Shown here: positions 38,880 through 51,650 of the stretch, piece after piece
How positions within the stretch are numbered: the stretch's first letter is position 1
Layout: the number at the start of each line of letters is the position of its first letter
Source of the DNA: the human T2T-CHM13v2.0 reference genome, Homo sapiens
Reading direction: 5' to 3' (one strand)
NCBI RefSeq assembly: GCF_009914755.1
Contig: NC_060925.1
DNA: 64,000 nt
Position numbers and translations under genes: made by a program
The notes under the pieces: generated by a model
The model's database searches: none
Told to the model about the DNA's origin: nothing
The model's input: only the letters and a program-made list of their open reading frames with translations

Positions 38880-39110
38880 CCATGTCTTCAGCTCGCCGGG
38901 GTCAGCCTCATTCATCAGCAATGCTGCCTGTCATTGGTGCTCTGACAGGCCTCTGGCCACCAGGGTCTGCTGCTTGGTGAAAGCCCTTATTAAAATTAAT
39001 CTCATTTTTACGACGGCACTATCTATCTTCTGTCCAGTGGGAACTCGGGGTCACTGTATTTTTGTTTACTGTCAGGCTACTTCCTTTGGCCATAAATTGC
39101 TTCCCTTCCC
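38880..39110. promoter_or_regulatory. Candidate developmental enhancer (HOX/MEIS/FOX/ETS motif cluster)
   Basis: Repeat-free island with TTTTACGAC, GGCCATAAAT, TGTTTAC, three TGACAG-type sites and ACTTCCT; motif inference only. Confidence 0.4.
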
Positions 39111-39145
39111 AGCTGAGCTGGAGCCCTAGAGAACAACCCAATTCT

Positions 39146-39156
39146 GGTGTGTTTGT

Positions 39157-39206
<50 letters not shown>
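39146..39206. repeat. (TG)n microsatellite, ~22 uninterrupted units plus degenerate flank
   Basis: Read directly from sequence. Confidence 0.97.
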
Positions 39207-39211
<5 letters not shown>

Positions 39212-39402
39212 AAGCCAACCCTGCTTGGCTGCCTCATTTCTCTGGCCTCTGCTGCTACCCTCCATCTGCTCTCTATTTGAGGAATCTGAAGATTTCAGCT
39301 TTTCCTGTCTCTTGGCGGCAGCCACCTACACTCTATCCTCTGTTCCCTCTTCTTGTTTAGAGAGTCTGTTCAAGGCTCTGCATGTTCAAGAGATAGTGCT
39401 GA

Positions 39403-39887
<485 letters not shown>

Positions 39888-40021
39888 CTCTGGAGGTCTT
39901 TTTGGATCCTCTTCCAAGGCTGAGTTACTTGTTATGTCCTCTGTGATTGTACAGAGCACATCCCGTACTATTTTGTAATTATTGGTTTAATGTATTGCTC
40001 CTTGAAAGTGGCGAACATTTC

Positions 40022-40403
40022 TGTATTTGTTTCCTAGAAATGCCATAACAAAATACCACAAATTGGGTGGCTTAAAACAACAGAAATTTATTCTGTCACA
40101 GTTCTGGAGTCTAGACGTCTGAGATTAACATGTCGGCAGGGCCGTGCTCCCTCTCAAGCTTCTCGGGGAGAAGCCTCTTTCAGCTTCTGGTGGCCCCAGG
40201 CATTCCTTGGATTTTGGCAGCACCTCTGCCTCTGTGCGTTTGTATCTCTTCTTATACTGACACCACCCTACTCCACTATGGCCTCATTTAATGTTACTAA
40301 TTATATCTGCAATGACTCTATTTCTAAACAAGGTCACATTTTGAGGTACTTGGGGTTAGGACTTCAACTTGTCTTTTTGAGGCACACAGTTCAGCCCATC
40401 ACA
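40022..40403 (-). mobile_element. Solo MLT1B/C-like MaLR LTR
   Basis: TGTATTTGTTTCCTAG...GGGTGGCTTAAAACAACAGAAATTTATT...GGGGTTAGGACTTCAAC...CAGCCCATCACA; TSD ATTTC/ATCTC. Confidence 0.88.
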
Positions 40404-41339
40404 ATCTCTCATTCATGATTATATTCCCAACATCTGGCACAACCCTTGGCTTGGAGCAGGTGCTCAGATCACATCGAACAAACGAACACTTTCCTAAATG
40501 ATTAAACAATTATATAAAATACAATAGCAAGATATGTAAGCCCCAGTGAAAGACAGAAGTGAGTGTTCCATGCACCCAGTGGGAGGGGGGCTCATTCCAC
40601 CTGGGGCTTCTGGGATGGCACTTCCACGAGGCTTTGAGGAATAAGTAGAGGTTCAACTCATGCAAAAGTTGAGACAAGGCACAAAAGGACCAAAATCATG
40701 GACACAAAGTGAGGACTATTCTCATTGACCTGAGGACCAGCTGAAGCTTGGACAGTAGACTTTATTTTGGGCCACACAGCTAGGAAGTGGCAGAAGTAGC
40801 ACTGAGACCCGTGACAATCTGTCACTTTCTCTGTTATTATGTTTCTCTCTTGTGTTAAAAACAAGTTCCCTCTGTGGCCCCTGAAAGACCTGTGGCTCTT
40901 TTCTTGAAAGATCTTACTTGTCTTAAATAGGCAAGTCTCTGAAGCTTCTCTCCGAGACTTTTATAATTTATGTTGTTATTGTGGGTCTGTGGACAGATGT
41001 TAATTTTCACTTTGCAAGCCCATTTTTCAGATTGGCTTGTGGAAGCAGAGCGTGCTTTGGTGGCTGGTCCTTTCAGATCACCATGGAGTGTAGGGAACTG
41101 GACAGGCCATAGAGAGTGGCTACTTACCTGCTCCCACAAAATGCCTCACATCCAATAATTCCTCTGGCATTTCTTTTAAAGCATATATTCAGGGGAATAT
41201 GGCAGGCATGGAAAGCCCGCCCATTAACCTCTTTCTCTGCATCAAAGTCTTATGAGTGATTAACCCCACCAATGAAGCCTATCCATGGGGTTGTGTGAAG
41301 GGAAGAACTGGGTCCCAAATGACAAGCAGCCAAGAGTGG

Positions 41340-41575
41340 GGGTGTACAACCTGAACCCCAAAGACACATCCTGGGTTTGAATCTTGGTTTGGCCATTCAT
41401 TAGCCAAAGGCTGTGCCTCAGTTTACCATCTGTCAGTGAGAATTATGGTGGCATCCACCCCATGAGGATTTTTGTGAGAATAAAATGAGTTGGTAGATGT
41501 GAAGTGCTCAGAGCAGCACCTGTTACAGAGCAGGCACAGACAGAAGTGGTAGCTGTTGCTATTGTTATTGTAATG
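41340..41575 (+). mobile_element. MIR
   Basis: CCTGGGTTTGAATC...CTGTGCCTCAGTTT...TGTGAAGTGCTCAGAGCAG. Confidence 0.75.
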
Positions 41576-42921
41576 AATAGAGCTTCATGTATGGAGTGCG
41601 GAGAGAACTGGGTTGGAAGGTTTGGGTTTCTAACATATTATCTATGATGATAGTAACTTTGGCTAAAGACGTTTAGCAAAATCCAGCATTATATCAACAT
41701 CATTTTCATTGCACAAGAAGGCTGCTGCATGCTGGAAGGAGCTATTGAGAGAGAGTGGGAGGACAGTGTTTCAAGGCAGAATCTTAGTGAACGAATGCCT
41801 TGAGGCAGCAGGGTGAGGGTGCTTAGGGCTGGGAGAAAACCAGAGACTTAGGAAGCAATCATGAAACACAGACGAAACTAGAGAAAACATCAGTTTGTGC
41901 CTATTCCACATATTTATTTCAGTCTTGCTCATTTAAAAAATCTTGCTTTATATATATGTATAACTGAGATTAATCTTATCTTTTAAAATATGCTGTTATT
42001 TGAGTCCAAAAAATGGCCCATAACCAGCCTCTGGGGAAAACCAGAGGACTCTTTAAGGACAGCTTTTTCTTCATCAACCCCACATGAAGTCAGCTTCCAG
42101 ATGCCTGAGTCCCCCTTTCCAGCCGCTCATATCTGTCCCCTTTCTCCATCCAGCCTGCCCTGGCCCTGCTGCCTCAGTATCCCTCACTTGGAGCCCTGCT
42201 GGAGCTCCTCCAGCTGGGGCAGGTTGGGCTTCCATCCCTTCAGCCTCTCCTCCCTGTGCCAAATGGCTCTGTTGCTTCAGGGCTGGGCTGGCAGAGATTG
42301 GCATCTGAGGCCCCCCAGGATTTGGCCCCAACCTCTGTTTCCAAACCTCTTTCCCACCACTCCTCGAACATATCCTCTCCTCTAGCCAAACTGGACAGCT
42401 TGTATGGGAAAAGAAAGGAAAAACCATTAGGCCTCATATGCAAAACCACAGTTAAAAAAAAAAAGTTCGTGTCTCTATAAAGTTTGTGATTTCTTTCTTC
42501 ACCATGTTTCCTGAATGACTTCCCAGCTCTCTCCCCAGTTTATCTACTGAACCTCCCCTCCCTTGGCTCCCACCAGTTGTCCCAGCTCCACTCTGCCAGC
42601 CATTTCCCCTCGCCAGCCCTGCCAGAGAAACTTATGTCCACTCAGAGCCTCTACAACTCTTTATTTTTCCATTTCCTTTGACTTTGATCATTTTCTGCCT
42701 TTTATTATTTTTTCTATAGTTTCTCTACCAAGCTCTGAAGTCCCTGAATGAATAAGCTGTCATTCATTCACTCACTTACTCATTCACGCATTCATTCATT
42801 CATTCCACTGGACGTCCAAAATGCCAGGTCTTTTCCTACACTGTGATGACACCAAGATGAATAAGACAGGTCCTTGTTTCTAAGGATTTCAATTCTCAAT
42901 TAAAAAGTTGAATAAAAAAGC

Positions 42922-43065
42922 CAGTGATTCTTAGCCTTTTGGGGTATTTGTCCCCTTAGAGAATTTGATAAATGTTTTCACCAGTGAAGATATGCACAAA
43001 AAATATTGTCTACTACTCGGGATGTTTCCAGATCTTCAGAAGCCATGGGTACCAGGGTTAACAGA
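42922..43065. mobile_element. MER117-like hAT-Charlie fossil
   Basis: CAGTGATTCTTAGCCTTTT...CCCCTTAGAGAATTTGATAAA...CCAGGGTTAA. Confidence 0.55.
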
Positions 43066-44179
43066 GATGAGGAGAGCACCTAATAAGTGTCGGTTCCTGC
43101 AGAAGGTGCCTTGTTTGTATTGCCTCTAAATCATCACATCCACCAGTCTCTCCCGCTACCCACTGCAGACTGACACATTGGTGGCTCGGGATGAGCAAAC
43201 ATAGGCATGTATGAGGGGCACAGCTCCCCCTGGCCATGCAGCCAGTGCCCAGGTCACTTGGACCTTCTCTTCCCTGCCCTGTTGAGGGATGGGTGGAATG
43301 GAGGCTGCCAAGAAATTGCCCTCCAGATCAGAGGCTGTTTCTTTTTGCTGGGGGACTCTGTGTTCTCAGAGGCAATGGTTTCGTGTTTCTCTAAGAAACG
43401 GTTTCCTATTTTAGACTTGTCACTGGAACAGGATGGCCTTTGGCCAGCCAGCCTCACTGTGGGGAGGCAACTATGTTTTGGAGTGGAGCTGTCCCAGGCC
43501 TATCACACGAGAGCCTCCGTCTGGGCCTCCCTGACATTTATGCCTGTGCCTCTGCCTATTACAGCCCAGGAGCAATGGGAGAGGGTGAGGAGAGGTGCCC
43601 AGACTTACCCTTTCTGGAGCCATGGAAGTAAGGAGGAGTGGGGAAGAGAGGACTCAAGTCTCGAAGGAGCTGCGGCTGAGAGTTCTCACTGTAGCACAGA
43701 CATGGGTCCTGGGACTTTGAATGCAGCCATCTTGGGTCATGTTTGCATGGAAGAACAATCTAGAAGTCCCTCCTTGGTCGCTCTCCCTTTTTTTTCCCCT
43801 CCAGCAGAAGATTTGTGGTATCTGGGAAAAAAAGAAAGGAAAAACTATTAGGTCTTGAATGTAAAACCACGGGACTTTTAAAAAAAGTGTTTATTTTTCT
43901 GCAAAGTTTGTTTTTCTTCCGATGGGAGCCAAGACGCTCTCTAATGCTGGTCTTTGCTGGCAGCGGGGAGCAATGGAAAAGATTGCTCTATATGGAAGAA
44001 GTCTGCTGATTGGGAAACAGCAGGCCCAAGCGGAGCGGATCTGATTCACACGTCTTCCTGCGAGTGGCTCATGCGGGGCAGGAGGAGGTCGTGTCTGAGG
44101 AGACAGGGGACCAAGAAGAATAGGAGGGCAACACATGGCCCCCTTCCCTGGGAAGAGAGCTATCGTGACTGCAGGGCAA

Positions 44180-44620
44180 AAATGATGCTACCAGTTCCTG
44201 AATACCTACTATGTGCCAAGCACTGAACTAGGTGCTTCACATTTATATAATTTGCTCCCCACCAGAAACCCGTGAAGTTGGTATTGTTACTATTTCACAA
44301 ATGGCAACACTGAGGCTAGAGAATGTAAGTCATGAAGATTCCACAGCAGCCAAGTGGTACAGCTGGGACCTGAACCTAGGTGTAGCCAGATTCCCATACC
44401 TGTGCTTTAGAGTTCTGTTATTTAGTGTCTCTCAAGTGACACTTGAGAGACATTAAATATGCAAGTTACTCAACCTTTCTGAGCCTTGGTTTTCTGATAT
44501 ATAAAATGGATACTGCAGAGTTTTTCTGAGGATCCAATGAGAAGATAGGTGTAAAGCAACTTAGAGTAGGGCCTGTAAATCATTACTGTGTAAGAGTTTG
44601 CTCTAATAAAAGTAATTATT
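44180..44620. mobile_element. Two adjacent MIRs in opposite orientation (- then +)
   Basis: CCTACTATGTGCCAAGCAC...ACTGAGGCTAGAG (-); GCAAGTTACTCAACCTTTCTGAGCCTTGGTTTTCTGATATATAAAATGG (+). Confidence 0.75.
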
Positions 44621-45429
44621 AGTGCTACATTCTAACAGACTTGTGCTTGACAACATGGTATTGAGGGACAGATGAAGAAGGACATTGGTCTTTGTCCTCA
44701 GGTTGTGCATAGTCTGGTTGCACAGACAAGCCCCACCTATTTGGTCATTAAGTCCTTCATTCACACATGTGTACCCCCTCCCCAGCATGTGCCAGGCCTC
44801 AGGTCATTGCAGGGCTCCCAGGTGAGAGTCAGATGTAGTCGTTGCCCTGGGGGAGGACACAGCTTGTTGGGCAGAACAGATGGGTCCACAGAGGAGGACG
44901 ACACAGCGTGATGCCCTGTGATGAAGGGCATGCTGTGATCTGCCCTCCCCTCTACCCTGGCTTCCACCTCGGCTCTTGCCTGGGCTGTCCCCTCTTCCTA
45001 GAGTGCCCCTCTGCCTGGCTAATTCCTCCATCTTTCAGCACTGACTCAGGTGCCATGTCCTCCAAGAAGATTTTCCCAACCCGGGCTTCACCCCCAACCC
45101 CCATCTCCAAGCTCCTGGTGCTCCCCTCTCCCAGTCTTGTGGTCATCTACTCCTCCGTCATTCCCATGCCGGGTGGGGACTCCGGTGCCTCACCCTGACC
45201 CTAGCACATGCTCAGGGAGTTTTTGCTGAACTTCTGTGACTCTCATTTTTTCCCCTCAAGGTAAGTGTGGCTTTGTCAATCATGCCAAAGGAAGTGCCAG
45301 AACGGTGTGACTTCAGGCTCTGGTTGGAGGAAGAAGGGATGTGTTGGGTGGGTGGAAAAGGTTTTTGGCCACAGCAGTTGCAGCAAGCCTGCATGGTGAG
45401 CATGCTTGCTGGAGTTGGACAAACATGGG

Positions 45430-45640
45430 CCAGAGACCAGGCTCTGACACTTTCATTAATGCCCTTATGAGTGACTTATTTAATCTTAGTTTCCACATCT
45501 GGAAAAAGGGTGCCAATAATACCTACTTCACAGACTTGTCAGGAGTTTAAATGAGTTAATTAATATAAAGTTATTGTACCCTGTGCCTATCCATGGTCAG
45601 AGTACAATAAATATCAGTGCTGTCACTGTCATTACCATGG
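45430..45640 (+). mobile_element. MIR
   Basis: CTTAGTTTCCACATCTGGAAAAAGGGTGCCAATAATACCTAC. Confidence 0.75.
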
Positions 45641-46149
45641 CGATGATGACAGTGGTCAACCAATGCTAGCTGGACTGAGCCTTGGCAATGACCAACAAGT
45701 TATCTCTTTAAGACTGATTTCCTTGAAGAGTGCTAAGAGAGCCATTGAGACATCATCCTCTGTGCTGGAGGAAAGAGAAATGTGTGTCGCTGTGTAACAG
45801 TCATATTTTAAATGTCACAGCTCCTGCGTGGGGCTCCTCCTACAAGAAGCTTTCGCTGACCGTGCCTGCTTGGTCTGTTCTCTCCTCTTTGAGCTCTCAC
45901 AGCACGTAGCCCCAAGCTGCCCATTCAGCACTTGATTATAGACTGTCTGGCTTGCCCTCTAATTGCTTTCTCTGTGTATGGGCTTGTCTGCCAGGCTAAA
46001 TCACAAGATCTGTAAGAATAATGATTGCCTCTCATTTACGTCTCTCCAAACACCTAGTTCAGTACTTTCTGCACGGTAGAAATTTAATAAGTAACATGTT
46101 GATTTGACCTCCTTAGAAACATTTGGTGTAGTACCTGTCATAAAAGAAA

Positions 46150-47165
46150 CATTAAGATCCCACTAGAAATAGGGCAGAAATGGCCATGTAAATGGCCAAG
46201 AAATATGAAAAAAATTAATTTGGCCTATTAGAAATCAAAGAAATGTAAATTAAATTGAGATCCCATTTTCCTTATTTGTAGACACTCATTTAAAATGATA
46301 AAAGTGCTAGGGAGGTGGGTTGGGGCTCTCTCAAATGTTGTTGGTGGGAGGGTAATCCAATTCTTTCTATGACAATTTGCAGTATTTAGCAAAAGTCTAA
46401 AAAAAAGCCTGTACCTATTGACTCAGTAATTCCACTTCTATAAATCTTTCCCAGGAAATACTAAGAGATATAGACAAATATTTATGTACAAGGATGATCA
46501 TCACACTGCAATTTTTAATAGTGAATTTTGAAAGATGGGCTAAGTAAATTATGGCATAGGATGGAGTATCAAGGAGCCAATAAAACAATGGTTTTATTTG
46601 AAAAGATGCTGAACTCTTCCACAGTGAAAGAGATGAAAGTTAAGGCACTTTTTAACTACAAAAATAAAAAATAATAATTTATGAAACACACCGTAGAAAG
46701 ACAAGCATTTAAACAGACTGTGAGGATATTCATCCTCAATGACAATTTTGCAAAAGACATCACATTTTAAAAATGCACATATCTTTTGTACCCCTAAGAA
46801 TCTAGTCCATAGATATGACTTCCCTTATATGCACAGATATATGAATATGGTTATTTATTGTATATTATTTAAAATAGCAAAAAATTGAAAATAGCTGAAA
46901 TACAAATCTCCTGCCTCGCCTCCCATTGGCAGCATCCAACCAGAGGACAAGGAAGCCACCGGATTAATTAAAAAATGAGATAGACCTTTATTTAAGGAAA
47001 GCGTGTGAAGTATGTCAAATGAAAAACAAAACAAAAGGTGTAAGGCAAGAACTGAAAGGCATATTATTAAGTGAATGAAATCACGATTGATATATATAAT
47101 ATGCTTCAATTTATACAAAATCAACAGACAATATTTAGATGAGGATAGATGTAAATGTTAGTGTA
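46150..47165 (+). mobile_element. Old L1ME-type ORF2 end and 3' UTR fragments
   Basis: AATCAAAGAAATGTAAATTAAA, GACTCAGTAATTCCACTTCTA, ATGTACAAGGATG, AATAGCAAAAAATTGAAAA. Confidence 0.7.
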
Positions 47166-47171
47166 GTTTTC

Positions 47172-47325
47172 TGAGAGGCAATGTGTGTAAGTATATTTAA
47201 GAGCACAGATTCTGTAGCCAGGTTACTTGGGTTTAAATCCCAGCTCTTCCACTTATGAGCTGTGTGACTATGGGCAAGTCATTTAATCTCTTTGTCTTTC
47301 AATTGCTTCATCTATAAAATACTAT
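47172..47325 (+). mobile_element. MIR
   Basis: GGGTTTAAATCCCAGCTCTTCCACTTATGAGCTGTGTGACTATGGGCAAGTCA. Confidence 0.85.
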
Positions 47326-47487
47326 ACATGTCAGCAATTATTATTTTTAAACAAATAACTTTTGAGGGTGCTCAACTTTGAGCAGTAAACTTGGGAGCCT
47401 GCCAAAACCAGGGAAGAAGCCTCGTTTTCCCTGTATAACTTTGAAATGGCTAATTATTAGTGCACGTGAAATTTTTATCCATGCACA

Positions 47488-47934
47488 TGTTGTGCATGGA
47501 TAAAACAGTCAGGGCCCCAGCAGGAAACAGATGGCCCAATCAACCTGGATAATTTGACAAGAGGTTATCAAAAGGGCTTTTTAGGAAAGTGTAGGCAGGG
47601 AGTAGGGATAGTACTCTAACACTAGCAACCACAGGTAGCTGTTAGCACCCCTGGGCCTTCGGGGCTAGGGGAGGACACGGTTAGTGAAACTGGAAAGAGA
47701 GCTGTGTGGAGAGGGCCTCCTGAGGGGGGCTGTGGCTTTGGGTAGAGGGAGGCAGCCAGTCTACAGCAGCCCCAGCAGGAACGGAGCCCTGGGAATAAAA
47801 ACTCCAGCTGCTCTCTGTCTCCTGCCATGCCTCCCTTTGGCATAACCAACCAGAGGGCAGAGGAGCTGGTGGAGGCCGTCCATACACGTGAGCCCACTGA
47901 GGCCTGGGAGAAGGGAAGAGAGCATCCCAGCACA
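47488..47934 (-). mobile_element. LTR41-like ERVL solo LTR
   Basis: CAGTCAGGGCCCCAGCAGGAAACAGATGGC...GGGAATAAAAACTCC...CCAACCAGAGGGCA...CCCAGCACA. Confidence 0.7.
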
Positions 47935-48121
47935 TGCGGGTAATTCAAATGACATAATTCCTAGGCTGGGAGAATGAAATGGCTCCATACATATGAAATC
48001 CTGGAACGGTGTTGACATAGTGAACGTTCAACAAATGTTAATAACCATGAGTACTAGCATTATTCTCCATGTATCAGAGCAAATAGAAGACATCCTACGC
48101 ACATGTATTATTAATATTTTC

Positions 48122-48871
<750 letters not shown>

Positions 48872-48982
48872 TTGTACTTTTCCATGTTTTATGAGTTTTC
48901 TGTAACAAATATATTTTGCTTTTACGAAAGAAAGAAAGAAAACAAGAAACAACCAACACCTTTTTATGGTTCTTCATGGATC

Positions 48983-49170
48983 AATAATAACAGAGGTTTG
49001 ACTCACAACAGGGTCATTACTAACCCTGTTTTGATATGAGGAAACTAAGGCACAAAGAGGTAAGTGACTTGCTAAAGGTTTACATGGATAGGAAATGGCC
49101 AAACCAAGGTTCAAATTAAGGAGCCTGCTTCTTGAGGCTGCTCTCTGAATTACTTTCGTCACTTTGCCAC
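48983..49170 (-). mobile_element. MIR
   Basis: ATGAGGAAACTAAGGCACAAAGAGGTAAGTGACTTGC. Confidence 0.8.
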
Positions 49171-49573
49171 CTCCCTTAGTCAGTAAAGCTCAGATTTTAC
49201 CTGATGCTGTTCACTGTTCCAGCCTCACTCTGCCTACCCTGACTGCTGTCCCACCTATGTTACAGGGATGCTTTCCTCCCAGATGTCACCATTGCCACAC
49301 CAGTCCTTAAGACAGGCTGTTTCCTCTGCCAGGAACATCTTTGTCACCTTGTTACCTGCCTTACATGTCTTCATTCTTCAAGAACCAAGCCCAATGCCTC
49401 TTGCTTCACGGTGCATTCCTGACCTCCTTTGGCTAGGTTAGGTGCCTCTCCTGAGCTCCTGGAGCCCTGGGGCTTAACTTTCCCTGCATTTAACTCCCCC
49501 TTTTAAGATTATTGTTTGTTACTATTATTATCTCTGTTGTTGCCATTTAAAGTATTACCTTTCTTCCATCAAT

Positions 49574-49868
49574 TTAGAGTTGCAAGCTGGAGGCCTGTGG
49601 GCCAGATTAGGCCTGCAGATGCTTAGACTATGCAGGTTAAAGATAGTTAAATTGTTAACATTTAAGCATTGGAAGATCTTGCGTAAGTGTCCTGATTTTT
49701 GGCTTCTCTTTAAAACTCTGCCTGGCAACACTGGGTACACATTCCTCAATGGCAGCAATTAGAAAGAGCTGAATAGAGGCTGTTTCCTTTAGATGAAGTC
49801 CATTTGCCATCATTTCCACTACTCCCTGTACCAAGCTAGTTTCACATATTTACTTACTGGCCTGCCTT
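49574..49868 (+). mobile_element. MER102-like hAT-Charlie fossil
   Basis: GGGCCAGATTAGGCCTGCAGATG...AACATTTAAGCATTGGAAGAT...CTGGCAACACTGGG. Confidence 0.7.
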
Positions 49869-49897
49869 CTAAGGTAAAGAGAGGTCTTTATGAGCAG

Positions 49898-50535
49898 CGT
49901 CTCAGTTATTTTTTGCTGCGTAACAAACCACACAAACCTCAATGTCTGAAAACAACAACCACGTATCTAGCTCACGATTCTGTGAGTTAGTAGTTTGATC
50001 TGGGCTCAGCTGAGTAGCTCCTCTGCTGGCGTTAGCTGGGCTCACTCAAGCATTTGTGGTTGCTTGGCTGTTGGCTGGGGTAATGAGGTGGCATGATTTT
50101 CATCATTCAGCAGGCTAACCTGGGCTTCTTCATATGGTGGTGGTTGCAGGGTTCTCAAGAGCAGCAAAAGGCCTCGCTGAAGAGGTGACATTTGAGGAAA
50201 GCCTTGATGGAAGTGAAGCTATGGGAATGGAGGAGAAAGCCCCCAAAGGAGTGGATTCTTATCTGGGGTCTGTGAGCAGAATTCTGGAGTCTGGGAGCAT
50301 CTGGAAACTGGATGGATGTGTGTGTGTGTGAGTGTGGATAAGCTCAGTGTACATGTGCTTTTCAAGACATGCCTCCAAGTCGCATAATGTCCCATTGGTC
50401 AAAGCAAGTCATGAGGGCAGTCCAGAGTCAAGGGGTTAAAAAACATATTTCATTTCTTGGTTGGAAGGTTTGCAAAATGACATTGCAAAGTTGCAAGAAT
50501 GAGGAGAGTTTGTGGTCATTTTTGCAGTGTACTGT
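49898..50535 (-). mobile_element. MLT1H-like MaLR LTR containing a ~170-bp foreign segment
   Basis: GCTGCGTAACAAACCAC...CTCACGATTCTGTGAG...AATGTCCCATTGGTCAAAGCAAGTCA...ACATTGCAAAG. Confidence 0.75.
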
Positions 50536-51289
50536 GGGAAAAGATCTTATTTATCTGTGTGCCTGACACACAGGAAGGTAATCAGTAAATGTTTGTTTAA
50601 TTAAATGGAAATGAATGCAAATGAACCTATCTCCCTCTGGTTTTGAAATCTCTTCAATAGACTCTTCTTGTCGGCCTTCATTAGCTCACCTTGCATCTTC
50701 AAAGGCCCCTGATGCTGAGAAGAAGCAGGGAGGATGGGCCTCTCAGGACCCTGAGGACAAAGGCCCTGGTTAGGGCAGATATTGGAGGAAGGCACCATTC
50801 CAGGCAGGGTTGTTGGCAGTGAGATTCTGTCGGATCTGTGGCCACTCTAGGCAAATGCCAGTGAAGCCACAATCGAAATGCTAGTTTGTTGATTGGTCCC
50901 CTGTGATTCTGAAATTGTGGTGAGAAGTTCCCAACATATCTAAAGATGACATTGTTTTGGGCGGGGATGTAGTAGAATCCTCTTGCTAAATGGCTGTACC
51001 TGCCATGTAACCTGACCTTGCCCTTGACACGGCCCATGGCCCACTGCTGAGACCACAGCCACCCCCGAGGCAGAGCTGGAGACAGAGGTACAGATGGTGA
51101 CAAAGTGGCTCCAGGCTGGTGATACATGATGACCTGGTTTTCCACTCATGGAGCAGCCAGCTGCTAAGTCCTGGGCCAGGAATTGGAAGATGTGAGTTCT
51201 CATCTCAGCCCAGCAGATAACTTGCTCTCTGCAAGCAAACTCAGACTTCTGCAGTAACACAGGAAGGTGGGGATAGGATGAAATGTTCT

Positions 51290-51613
<324 letters not shown>

Positions 51614-51648
51614 TAAGCGCCCTTCCAGTGCTGAGACTTGAAGAGTTT

Positions 51649-51650
<2 letters not shown>

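Noticed and set aside
43207-43851. 214-aa ORF (+)
   Set aside because: No recognisable protein motif, promoter or splice context. Its GKKRKEK-like similarity to a nearby ORF comes from the non-coding DNA duplication, in another frame.
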